The notes under the pieces are model-generated. The model did not search any database and had not been told where the DNA came from. It saw only the letters and a list, made by a program, of their open reading frames with translations. Of a DNA stretch of 59,836 nucleotides, positions 29,274 to 38,810 are shown piece after piece (position 1 is the stretch's first letter; each line of letters begins with the position of its first letter). The stretch comes from a virus (taxonomy: Duplodnaviria; Caudoviricetes). Position numbers and translations under genes: made by a program. The DNA lies in IMG/VR virus record IMGVR_UViG_3300021376_000060, positions 1 to 59,836 of that record. One strand, written 5' to 3'.

Positions 29274-29437
29274 TAGAACTTAGATACAACTTCTTGTTGT
29301 TTTAGATATAATTTAATGTAGGATTTTGCGTAGTTCTTGAGAACTTCAATATCATCTACACTATCTATATCCCTAGAAAGTTTCTCATATTCAAACATTT
29401 TATTTACATCTTCTAGTTGTATTTTGTCAGGATTCAT
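29273..29437 (-). CDS. Putative NblA-like small helical protein, 54 aa
   Basis: Hand translation MNPDKIQLEDVNKMFEYEKLSRDIDSVDDIEVLKNYAKSYIKLYLKQQEVVSKF. It fills the gap exactly with TAATG coupling. The ORF is well supported; the family call is by size and hydrophobic pattern only. Confidence 0.55.
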   Translation of the reverse strand: MNPDKIQLEDVNKMFEYEKLSRDIDSVDDIEVLKNYAKSYIKLYLKQQEVVSKF

Positions 29438-29651
29438 TTGCCAATTTCCTTAATAGGGTTTTAATCTCATTCAAATCACTTTTTACATCAGTAAGTTCAT
29501 TTTCTATATTTTTAATTCTCTTGGACTCTTGTTCTTTGATTTTTTTGGAATTAATATAGTTGTTATATGCTTGCATGTCAGTATTAACTATTGCATTTGT
29601 GGATACATCACGAAATAAATTAATTTCATCTTTTACTTTCACTCTCTTCAT
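29427..29651 (-). CDS. Small coiled-coil hypothetical protein
   Basis: Start at MKRVKV just after the upstream stop; LFRDVSTNAIVNTD and a C-terminal heptad pattern. Confidence 0.8.
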   Translation of the reverse strand: MKRVKVKDEINLFRDVSTNAIVNTDMQAYNNYINSKKIKEQESKRIKNIENELTDVKSDLNEIKTLLRKLANES

Positions 29652-29652
29652 A

Positions 29653-32600
29653 TTAAGCAACTGCAATAACTCTTAAATCTCTCAATCTTGGTGGATATGA
29701 TTGATTAGTAGAAGTACCAATAAGTTTAATGCTAAAGTATCTGAATGATTCTAAATTATCAACAGTAAATTCATAATCTTTAAATGCAATTTCATTACTA
29801 TCAAATCCAAGAGTATCATTCTTAGTAACAAAAGTATCTGATGTTCCGTCATTATTTGCAGGATCAATTACTTGACCTGACTCTATTCTATTGGAATATC
29901 CTGGGAATGGATAGTAAATAGGATCTTCACTTGGATTAGTCGTAATAGAATATAAAGCTCTAAGATCTGCGTATGGATTAATATATGCAGATACAATCAC
30001 TCGTATAGATGTTGCTGGAATTTCTAACTGAATATTCTTTGTTGCATAAATGAAAGATGATGGATCATCTTTTAGAGTAGAAACTCTAGAATCTGTAGCA
30101 TAATCTGTTATTACATTATTAACTCTGTTTGATACTAAAATCATTCCAACACGTTCAAGATCAATAACTGGGGATAATCTAAAATCACTTGTTCTGAGAT
30201 TAAGTCTCATCTCCATAGATTTATTATCAAAGTTGTCGGTTAATTTTGTTGTTTCATTTATGCGAGATGCTACTATTCTTGGTGTAGAGAAGTAATTATC
30301 ATCATCGAGAGATAGTGGAGTAAACTCTTGATTTTCGAAAGAAATTTCAGATCCTGAAATACTAGTTCCACTTGTTGTTCTAATTTCAGCATTTAATTGA
30401 GTTTCTGGATGAACAACAGTTTGAACTATTGGTCTTGCAACTTCAAAAGCAATATTTTGAGTTGCATTAATGTTTGATCCTCCAATTGATTTTGTTGAAT
30501 TTAAATATAGTTTTGGAATACTGGTCCCAATTGTTCTATCGATTCCATTTGTGCTCATACCAACCTTTACATGGTAATAATCTAATCCAATTGGATTGCT
30601 CACTGTAGCATCTTGAAGTTGGTGAGTGGTATTAATTCTTCTTAAGGAAACTCCTCCCAACTCATACTTGTAGACAAAGGAGTTGATAGGATGAGTAAGA
30701 ACTATCGTAGAATCCACACCTCTTGTAATACCTGTTAAACTATTACCAACAACTCCAGTGTATGAAATAATCTCACTATCAATTAAAACATAACCAGGGT
30801 TAGTTGTTCCGACCCCAACATTCTCAAATGTCGAGAATGCAGTACTAAATCCAGAAGAAATTGATATAGAATCAGTAGAACTTTGTGGATACTCTAATGA
30901 AAGTTTTGCTGGTTCTACGTCCGATACCACATTAGAAATAACTACGGTATTTGTCAAAGAGTGCATTCCATGATTGCGATGATTCACCTTAATATGTAAA
31001 CCATCAGACTCTACTATTGGTGTAGATGATACAAACACTCCTCCACCATTAACTGCAGTTATTCCTGCTCCAGTAAAACTGGAATAATTTAAAGTATTTC
31101 CAAGACCAACGACAAAATCTCCTTGAACATTATCTAATATTAATTCGTTAGTTCCTGCTATACCAACAAGAGAAAGTCTTAAATTTCTTCCAAGAGAATT
31201 AATACCAATAGATGAAACTGTAAGAACATCTCCAACAGAATAACCAGTACCACCAACAGAAACTGTTGCAGCTATTGCAACACCATTTTGAATAGTAATG
31301 TTTGCCTTAGCATCCCTACCATTACCAGTTACTGAATTCAGAGAAACATCATTATAAGTTAAAGAACCGCTAGATGGCGTATATCCAATACCTGCATTAA
31401 TAATTTGAAGAGTTCCAGTTGCAGATCCCGCAGCACCAACATAAGTTCCTGTAGCATTAGAACCAAATTGTGATATTTGATTGCCTATAATTAAGTTTGA
31501 ATCAGTTAACGTTGTTCCTAAACCAACTCTAATTTTTCTAGACGCTATTTGAATAGAATCTTTAGGAAGAACTGCAATTTGTTTGTTATTCTGATTTAGT
31601 TCTGGGTTGAAGAAAGTTACTGATCCTTGCTCAGTAAACGCTGCAGAATAAAGGTTAAATTTCAAATCTTCATATTGGCTAGGAGTCCACGTTGATGCAT
31701 TTTGTGATTTAAACAAAGATCCCAACAAAGTTTGAGATGAAACAAATCTTTGAGCAGACTCTGGGCCACTTGCAGTGGTTATATCAACTTCACCTAGTCT
31801 AGAAATCCAAACATTATATTCGTTTGAATTTGAAATTATTACAATAGCATGTTCTTTGTTTCCTGGCAAATAAACAGGAGCTTGGAAATAAATTTTCGTT
31901 GGAATTGAAGCATCTTCGGAAATATTAATATCCTCAGGATAAACTATAACTTTACTGAAAGGGTAAATTTCTGATGTCGGTGTTCCCAAAGAAACAGATC
32001 TTAACTGTATTTCTATAGGAAGAACTTCATCTTTGGATTGGAAATAAAGATCGATACTAGTAACATATCTTCCTATACTATCGGAATCATTTCCTATTTT
32101 GAATGTTTGTGCCAAAGGATCTGCATATCCAAGTACCCATGGAGCAATCCAATCAAAAGTAACTGGAGGATTTGATGCCGCAGGAGAAACCCAATTATTT
32201 GGCCATCCTGGAGGTGGTGCTTGTGGCGGCGGAGCAGGAGGTGGTGGTGGTGTTCTATCAATAGTTTGAGTTGTTGTTTGTGTTATAGGTCTTGATGCTG
32301 AGATTGTAGCATTTTGAATTTCAGTATTTCTTATCGAAAGTATAGTTTCTTGGTTTTGAGTAATTAATCCGTCAGCAAAGAAATTAGTTTCAGCTAAAGA
32401 AACCAATTCTCCAGGTATTGGTGAATTTGAACTATCACTAGTCAATCTTAGTGTTTTTGTACCTGTAGTGAAACTAATGTTGGTCGTAACATTTGGATCG
32501 GGAACAAAGAATGATCCAATAACGACACCAGTAACATCGGTAATTAATCTTATATTTCTAACTACTGCTCGTGCTGCACTAGATTTTCCATTTAGAATCA

Positions 32601-35600
32601 TTCCTACAGAAATACTTCCACCAAAATTCCCTTCAGATAAATCAGATAAAGAACCTGTATCCACATTCAAAATAGTCGATGATGCAGAATAAGTAGATGG
32701 AATTATTTGAGTTTGATTGTATGGATTAAACTCAAAAATGTCACTTGGGTTTGTGATGGGACCATATCTATGATTAGGAGAAGCACATCTTGCAGTGAAT
32801 AGATCTATTGGTCTTGAAATATCTCCAGGACCCAGTAATCCTGTTATTTCTTCACCAGCACTAAAAGTTCCCTCCAACATTTCTATTTCAATAAGTTTAG
32901 GAGTGATATATTGATTTACATCTTCTCCATCAAAGAATGCATAGACTCTAGAAAATGGTCTCAGTCTCTTAGCATTAAATTCAATATTTCTAGATCTCAT
33001 AAAAGGAGATACGTCAACACTAACAACTCTATTTCCAATAGATACCTCATTATTGTAGTTTAGAGCTCTTGAGGATGTTCCTGTACGTGTAGCAGTTCCT
33101 GTCTGTGTTGTTGTAATAGTTTCAACAAAACCTCTAGTCGTACTTGATACTGATCGACCAGTCCAATTATTTTGCCAAGCACCCCAAGAAACTGGGTTCC
33201 ATCCTGCCTGAGGATCAAAATTAGATTCATCTAATTGAACATTAATAGTTGTTGTTTGGCCCTCAATACCTTCCACTGTTAAAGGTTGTAATCTTACAGG
33301 ATCTACCCAAATATCAGAAGAAGGATTTAATTCAATAGATCCATTATAAGATGTAACCAAGTATGGGGTAACATTTTCAATTCTAGTTGCAAAAGGTTGA
33401 ATTATTTCTGGGAATTCTACATAGTCTAATGTTATAATACCTTTACCAACATTTCCAGTGCCTATCCCACTTCTTCTAATATTTTCGCCAATAATATTAC
33501 TGTTTGGAGCTTCGGAATCAATAAATGCGAGGTTAGATGTTCTACTCCCAAGAAGAAGATCAATTTCAGTAGTGTATGGAGAAGGTCTTAATTCGCAATT
33601 AATTGTATCAATACTGTTTTTTACAAAACCAGTCTTATTTTGGAAAGACGTTGTGGTAAAATTATCTACAAAAATACCAGATTTAAATCTGTCCAAACCA
33701 GTTGCATCTTTTATTTGTAGATTTTTGGCATTATTTTCAAGTAATGATAGTGAAGTATAAAATTCTAAATTTTTGATTCTTGTTTCGAGACCAGAAATGT
33801 CTTGCATTCTATATCTCTTGTGGTCAATCAAAGAAATCGATGCATTTCTTAAATCGCAAAGGTATGGTGGTAAAGTAATTCTTGCAACTTCTATTCCTTC
33901 AGAAATTTCATCTGGTAATTGTGGATTTTCTGAAGGAGTTCCTTGTTTTACCAAAATAACAGGAACTCTAAAATTACTATCAGATGAATTTGATGTATTA
34001 GTTTGCGATGATAAGTATATTCTGTCTATTCTTCCAAGATAGAATGAATAATTACAAACTATATTTTCATCAGATGCTAAAACATTTAAAGACGAATTCT
34101 GATCATTATCAAAAGATCTTCCATAAAACTCAAAAGGAGATCTAGTTGCTGAGTTTGGATCAAATTGATCAACTATAGGTCTAGTATCAATTATATCTGA
34201 TGTTCTATATGAATCTATGGATTGTAAATCACAATAATCAAACTGATTGTAAGAATCTGCAATTGTAATATCTCCAGAATCAGACGTTGGAATATATGCA
34301 GATTCAAAATATATTTTTAACTTTTTGCTAGGTGCCGATACATTTTGTTTTTTGATCAATCTCGAATAATCTAAAATAGTGCTTCTTTGTCCATTATCTA
34401 CAGTGTAATTATTTTTAATATCATTAGAACCGGCAGTAATCGTATTAATTATTGCAGTGACTCCAGATTCTTTAAATGTTACACTTTCGCCTTCATTAAA
34501 GGAAAGACCATTTACACTAACATAATTGACGGAAAGTGATGTTGGTTTTTCTAAACAAACTGCAACATTTCCACTTTGAGATCCAACTATTTCTTCTCCT
34601 ATAATTATTTCGGATGTAGTTGCTGATGTTGATGAAATATTTTGTAAGATGGCGTTTGGTGGTGTAGGATCCTGTATACCTGATGATTCAAATACTGCAA
34701 ATATTTTTGTCACTTCAGAAACATTTAAGCACAATTCATCATCTTGTACTCTAGTTCCGTAAGGATAATTTCCAAACACCAATCCATCATTACTGGTTGT
34801 ATTTCCTACACCAGTATTGGTGCCAGAATAACTATAAATCGACTTATTGATAATAGTTGAGTTAACTCTATTTTTATTCTTTACTCTTGCTTTGATATTT
34901 ATTTTTTGTAGGGTTGCAATTAACCTTGCAGTTCCATTAGACTGAAGACCGTTAATTGTAAGTTCTCTTCCTCCAGAAGTAAATACAAATTGATCAGAAC
35001 TTAATGGCTCAGTGCTACCATCATTTCTAATGAGAACATATCTTTCTTCATCAAATGGTAAAAATACTTCGTTAGATAAGATTTCTGTTGGAGATACTGT
35101 CAGTGAATTTGAAGAAATGGTAACATCAAACTGCTTTCTAATAACAAGTTGAGAGTCTAAAAGATCTACCGAAGAAATATACTTTTTTCCCAATGGAGTA
35201 TATAAAGTATTATCACTGGAATTTAAAAATCTTGATTTTAAAATATTAAAATCTGATGGGTTGATACTTGTGGTTGGTAATGCACCTTCACAAATTCCTG
35301 TTACTGTTGTAACTCCTGAAATAGTAATACTTTTCTCTGATACAGAAATAATTTTAGCAAAAACAGACGTTGTTAATCCAACATTAGAGAAGGAAACCAA
35401 ATTTCCAGCAGTTGCAACCCCAACAAAAGTAAAATCTGAAGAAGTTACTGTGGAAATTCCAGATGAAACAGGTGTAATATTAACAAGACCAACATTTACT
35501 GATGAATACTGTCTTGTGTCTGCGGTAAATGTTGATGCAGATCCGACAATTCCATACAAAGATTTTACATCTCCAGTTCCATAAGATGTAATTGCAGTTG

Positions 35601-37209
35601 CAACTCTATTATTTTCTATTCCATCAAATACAAATTTTTCACCTTTTGCAAAAGTTCCTTTTGTATTATATGCAGTAATGATTCCTGAGTTATTAACATC
35701 GTATCTCAAAAATCCTTTTGCACCACTTGCTTTTCCTTTAATAAAAGTTGGAGTGGTAAGTGTGATTGGTTCATTCAGAGAAATTTCGGTATAAGTTTGA
35801 ATATCATATAGTGAAATTTCCCACTGATTTGTGTTTGGAAGAATTGAGTCGTAAGAACCAGACTCTAAAGCAAAGTCATATACTCTAGCAACTCCAATTT
35901 CTTTCCCTGTTGATGAAAATTGACTAGAACCAACTCTAGAATCTCTTAAACTAACAACATAAGTAGAAATTCCAACAGATGGAGAACCATACACTCTATT
36001 GAGAGAGTATGTTGCACCGGTAGAATATATAATGCTTTGATTATTGAGAGTTTTTGTGGTTCTTGGCTTCTCAAAGTCAGCTATTGTTGAAGATAATAGT
36101 TCTACTTCATATCCCTTAACGTATGCTTTTCCTGGAGAAATCTTATATGACCCAAGATCATCGGAAGGAACACTTCCTTGAGGTGTTAATTGATTTTCTT
36201 CAAAAATTCCATTATTACCTTTCTTATTATTAAGAGAGTTTTTAATTTCTACTTTTAATGGTTTTATATAATAATCTCCAGATTCATCATATGTTCTTCT
36301 GGCAAATTCATCAGATAATTCACTATATTGAGTATTTGTATTTTGTCTTGATATTCTTCCGTCTTGAACCCTTATCAGTTCTACAAAATTATCTGCGCTA
36401 TTATCTGTTAATAATATTTTATCCAAAATTGCTGTAATTTTAAGTCTATCCGCCCCAGGTGCAGCATAATTTGAAAATCCTTTAGCATTATCTACTAAAG
36501 ATTCGTCAATATCAGAGTTTACAATTTCTTCATAAATTCTAAGACCCACTTTATAAGTGGGCCAACTATAATTATAATCAAGTATTAATGTTTGAGAAGC
36601 TACACTAACAAATGTTCCCCTTAAGAAATACACTCCCTCAGACAGAATCACCATAGATCCTGAAATAGAAGATTCTGTGTTTATTGTAGTCGCAAATGCT
36701 TGATTTGCTTGTATTGGAGTTATTTCTGTAAATCCTGGAGATACAGTTTCCTCAACTATCAAATTTTCAGCATCACTAAAAGAACTATTGCCAGTTTCAC
36801 TAGTATTCAAATAATTTAAATATAAAATAGTATTTGTATTATTATTATTCGAATCGGTTTGTTTTAGTATATAAATTACCTTTGCCTTAACTCCAGAATC
36901 TTGGCCTATTACAACTTTATTGAGAAGATTATCAATATACCCATCTACATTCACATTATTAAATGTATTTTCTAAAACAACCGCAGGAACTTGCCTGAGA
37001 TAATTAACTCCTCCAGGAATTACAACAGATCCTTCTCGGAAAATATGATTACCAAACTGTTCAATTTGATTTTGAAGAGTTGATTGTAGTCCCGTTAATT
37101 CACGAGCCTGAACAGGATATCCTGGTTTAAATAAAACCTTGTAATAATTTTTTGCTGGATCAAAATCGTCAAAGTATGGAGAGACGTTGAGGTTAGTTTC
37201 CTGTGGCAT
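29653..37209 (-). CDS. Large baseplate-region structural protein (DUF4815/VrlC-like)
   Basis: PYFDDFD...VLFKPGYPVQARELT, APGADRL, ARRTYDESGDY, DPLAQTF. Confidence 0.88.
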   Translation of the reverse strand: MPQETNLNVSPYFDDFDPAKNYYKVLFKPGYPVQARELTGLQSTLQNQIEQFGNHIFREGSVVIPGGVNYLRQVPAVVLENTFNNVNVDGYIDNLLNKVVIGQDSGVKAKVIYILKQTDSNNNNTNTILYLNYLNTSETGNSSFSDAENLIVEETVSPGFTEITPIQANQAFATTINTESSISGSMVILSEGVYFLRGTFVSVASQTLILDYNYSWPTYKVGLRIYEEIVNSDIDESLVDNAKGFSNYAAPGADRLKITAILDKILLTDNSADNFVELIRVQDGRISRQNTNTQYSELSDEFARRTYDESGDYYIKPLKVEIKNSLNNKKGNNGIFEENQLTPQGSVPSDDLGSYKISPGKAYVKGYEVELLSSTIADFEKPRTTKTLNNQSIIYSTGATYSLNRVYGSPSVGISTYVVSLRDSRVGSSQFSSTGKEIGVARVYDFALESGSYDSILPNTNQWEISLYDIQTYTEISLNEPITLTTPTFIKGKASGAKGFLRYDVNNSGIITAYNTKGTFAKGEKFVFDGIENNRVATAITSYGTGDVKSLYGIVGSASTFTADTRQYSSVNVGLVNITPVSSGISTVTSSDFTFVGVATAGNLVSFSNVGLTTSVFAKIISVSEKSITISGVTTVTGICEGALPTTSINPSDFNILKSRFLNSSDNTLYTPLGKKYISSVDLLDSQLVIRKQFDVTISSNSLTVSPTEILSNEVFLPFDEERYVLIRNDGSTEPLSSDQFVFTSGGRELTINGLQSNGTARLIATLQKINIKARVKNKNRVNSTIINKSIYSYSGTNTGVGNTTSNDGLVFGNYPYGTRVQDDELCLNVSEVTKIFAVFESSGIQDPTPPNAILQNISSTSATTSEIIIGEEIVGSQSGNVAVCLEKPTSLSVNYVSVNGLSFNEGESVTFKESGVTAIINTITAGSNDIKNNYTVDNGQRSTILDYSRLIKKQNVSAPSKKLKIYFESAYIPTSDSGDITIADSYNQFDYCDLQSIDSYRTSDIIDTRPIVDQFDPNSATRSPFEFYGRSFDNDQNSSLNVLASDENIVCNYSFYLGRIDRIYLSSQTNTSNSSDSNFRVPVILVKQGTPSENPQLPDEISEGIEVARITLPPYLCDLRNASISLIDHKRYRMQDISGLETRIKNLEFYTSLSLLENNAKNLQIKDATGLDRFKSGIFVDNFTTTSFQNKTGFVKNSIDTINCELRPSPYTTEIDLLLGSRTSNLAFIDSEAPNSNIIGENIRRSGIGTGNVGKGIITLDYVEFPEIIQPFATRIENVTPYLVTSYNGSIELNPSSDIWVDPVRLQPLTVEGIEGQTTTINVQLDESNFDPQAGWNPVSWGAWQNNWTGRSVSSTTRGFVETITTTQTGTATRTGTSSRALNYNNEVSIGNRVVSVDVSPFMRSRNIEFNAKRLRPFSRVYAFFDGEDVNQYITPKLIEIEMLEGTFSAGEEITGLLGPGDISRPIDLFTARCASPNHRYGPITNPSDIFEFNPYNQTQIIPSTYSASSTILNVDTGSLSDLSEGNFGGSISVGMILNGKSSAARAVVRNIRLITDVTGVVIGSFFVPDPNVTTNISFTTGTKTLRLTSDSSNSPIPGELVSLAETNFFADGLITQNQETILSIRNTEIQNATISASRPITQTTTQTIDRTPPPPPAPPPQAPPPGWPNNWVSPAASNPPVTFDWIAPWVLGYADPLAQTFKIGNDSDSIGRYVTSIDLYFQSKDEVLPIEIQLRSVSLGTPTSEIYPFSKVIVYPEDINISEDASIPTKIYFQAPVYLPGNKEHAIVIISNSNEYNVWISRLGEVDITTASGPESAQRFVSSQTLLGSLFKSQNASTWTPSQYEDLKFNLYSAAFTEQGSVTFFNPELNQNNKQIAVLPKDSIQIASRKIRVGLGTTLTDSNLIIGNQISQFGSNATGTYVGAAGSATGTLQIINAGIGYTPSSGSLTYNDVSLNSVTGNGRDAKANITIQNGVAIAATVSVGGTGYSVGDVLTVSSIGINSLGRNLRLSLVGIAGTNELILDNVQGDFVVGLGNTLNYSSFTGAGITAVNGGGVFVSSTPIVESDGLHIKVNHRNHGMHSLTNTVVISNVVSDVEPAKLSLEYPQSSTDSISISSGFSTAFSTFENVGVGTTNPGYVLIDSEIISYTGVVGNSLTGITRGVDSTIVLTHPINSFVYKYELGGVSLRRINTTHQLQDATVSNPIGLDYYHVKVGMSTNGIDRTIGTSIPKLYLNSTKSIGGSNINATQNIAFEVARPIVQTVVHPETQLNAEIRTTSGTSISGSEISFENQEFTPLSLDDDNYFSTPRIVASRINETTKLTDNFDNKSMEMRLNLRTSDFRLSPVIDLERVGMILVSNRVNNVITDYATDSRVSTLKDDPSSFIYATKNIQLEIPATSIRVIVSAYINPYADLRALYSITTNPSEDPIYYPFPGYSNRIESGQVIDPANNDGTSDTFVTKNDTLGFDSNEIAFKDYEFTVDNLESFRYFSIKLIGTSTNQSYPPRLRDLRVIAVA

Positions 37210-37215
37210 AATTCT

Positions 37216-38769
37216 TTAGAATTGCAAAATGACTTTGATATCTTCTTTTTGATTTGTTGATCTAGTTATCGAAGGTCTGTTATCAACATAAATGATATTT
37301 CCAGAGTATTTCTTAACTTCTGGATTAGATACACCCGACGAGAATGATTGACCCAAATAGTATGTTCTATTATTTATTACGGTAGATATACCTGTGAAGT
37401 TTGTATCAATAGTAAGAGAATTGGCTGTTCCGACAATCGTAGTTGTTCCACCAGTTCCTACTGTAGATGTAAATCTATTCAGATTAAATCCATAAGTTGG
37501 TGTTGTATTTGCAGTTCCATCTGTATTGAAACCTGCAAGTGATCTATCTTGCCAGTATTTCAAGACACCAGTATTTTGATCATAAGAAATTACTCTTCCA
37601 ACTGCAGTAGATCCGACCCCGACAGTTTGGATAATTCTACTATCTGCGGGGAAAGAAGCACTACTATATCCAATACCAGTTAACTTTATTGCACCTACTG
37701 CACTTGCTTTATCTAAAGTCAGAACTGAAGTCGAGTCATATGCTTCTGGATTTTCCACAAGACCCACTCTAGCAATCTGATTTCCTGTAATAAAATCGGG
37801 GTTTTCTAAATCATTTTCAATTCTAGAATAAACAATCACATTATATGCACCCAGTTCTCTATAAATGTCTGCTCCATGACCTCCTTGGGGTGGGATGATG
37901 ACATTAAAGACTGGAGATGTGGATCCGGTAGGTACATTACCTGCAGCAATATCTACAGTACCATAAGTATATCCTGATCCACCTTTAGAAATTACAACTG
38001 ACTCTACCTTTGAATCGTTGTTAACGGTAATAGTACACTCGGCTCCACTGCCATCACCTTTAATAGGAACTCTGGTATAAGTTCTATTAGCAGTTCCAAG
38101 ACCTACTCCACGATTTGTGATGGTGACAATTTTTAATTGACCACTCGTTGATGCGTTGTTTCTAACAGAAGCATTCTCAGTGCTTGTCTCCCAGCTCTTA
38201 GGAACAGGAATAAAGTTAATAGAATCAAATTTGATAATATCACTTGGTTTGATGGTGTAGAGATACTTCCAAAGATATCCATCACCACTTGTTCCTGCAG
38301 ATCTTGGTTCTAAATCTACAAATGTTGGTTCATCAAGTGAGGGTCTTCCTTCTGGATTTTCTGGAGAAGTGCCATTCTGCAAACAAATATAAACTCTATA
38401 ATCACTGTTTACAATATAATAGTTTGCTGAGTATAAACTTGTTGATCCAGAAGGCTTAGAAGTATTGGTTCTACTAATATCATGACGATACATATCATAA
38501 GTTGTTCCTGACTGCCAGGTGACTTTACGGACAACTTGCTTTACATCATCTTCTCCAATCTTCTTGAGAGCAATCATCGTATCCCAATAATCATTCTCCT
38601 GATCAAAGTTATCCTTTGGTGCTGGAGGAGTTACATCCCAAGTAGATGAATAATCAGTCGCATTAGGAAGACCTACAAAAGCATAATAAGAATTTGAAGA
38701 AGAGATTGCTGCAGAAACAAAACTCTTAGCATTCAGTATTCTTAATTGATCAGTTATAATTGCGGACAT
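37216..38769 (-). CDS. g8: Baseplate wedge subunit
   Basis: TWQSGTTYDMYRHD, YRVYICLQN, DGYLWKYLYTI, EDIKVILQF. Confidence 0.92.
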   Translation of the reverse strand: MSAIITDQLRILNAKSFVSAAISSSNSYYAFVGLPNATDYSSTWDVTPPAPKDNFDQENDYWDTMIALKKIGEDDVKQVVRKVTWQSGTTYDMYRHDISRTNTSKPSGSTSLYSANYYIVNSDYRVYICLQNGTSPENPEGRPSLDEPTFVDLEPRSAGTSGDGYLWKYLYTIKPSDIIKFDSINFIPVPKSWETSTENASVRNNASTSGQLKIVTITNRGVGLGTANRTYTRVPIKGDGSGAECTITVNNDSKVESVVISKGGSGYTYGTVDIAAGNVPTGSTSPVFNVIIPPQGGHGADIYRELGAYNVIVYSRIENDLENPDFITGNQIARVGLVENPEAYDSTSVLTLDKASAVGAIKLTGIGYSSASFPADSRIIQTVGVGSTAVGRVISYDQNTGVLKYWQDRSLAGFNTDGTANTTPTYGFNLNRFTSTVGTGGTTTIVGTANSLTIDTNFTGISTVINNRTYYLGQSFSSGVSNPEVKKYSGNIIYVDNRPSITRSTNQKEDIKVILQF

Positions 38770-38786
38770 TTTATGAGTTTTTTATC

Positions 38787-38794
38787 TATTTATG
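38787..38794 (-). promoter_or_regulatory. Late promoter for g8
   Basis: Minus strand CATAAATA 17 nt upstream of the ATG. Confidence 0.6.
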
Positions 38795-38810
38795 ATTAGA
38801 TTAGATTGAT

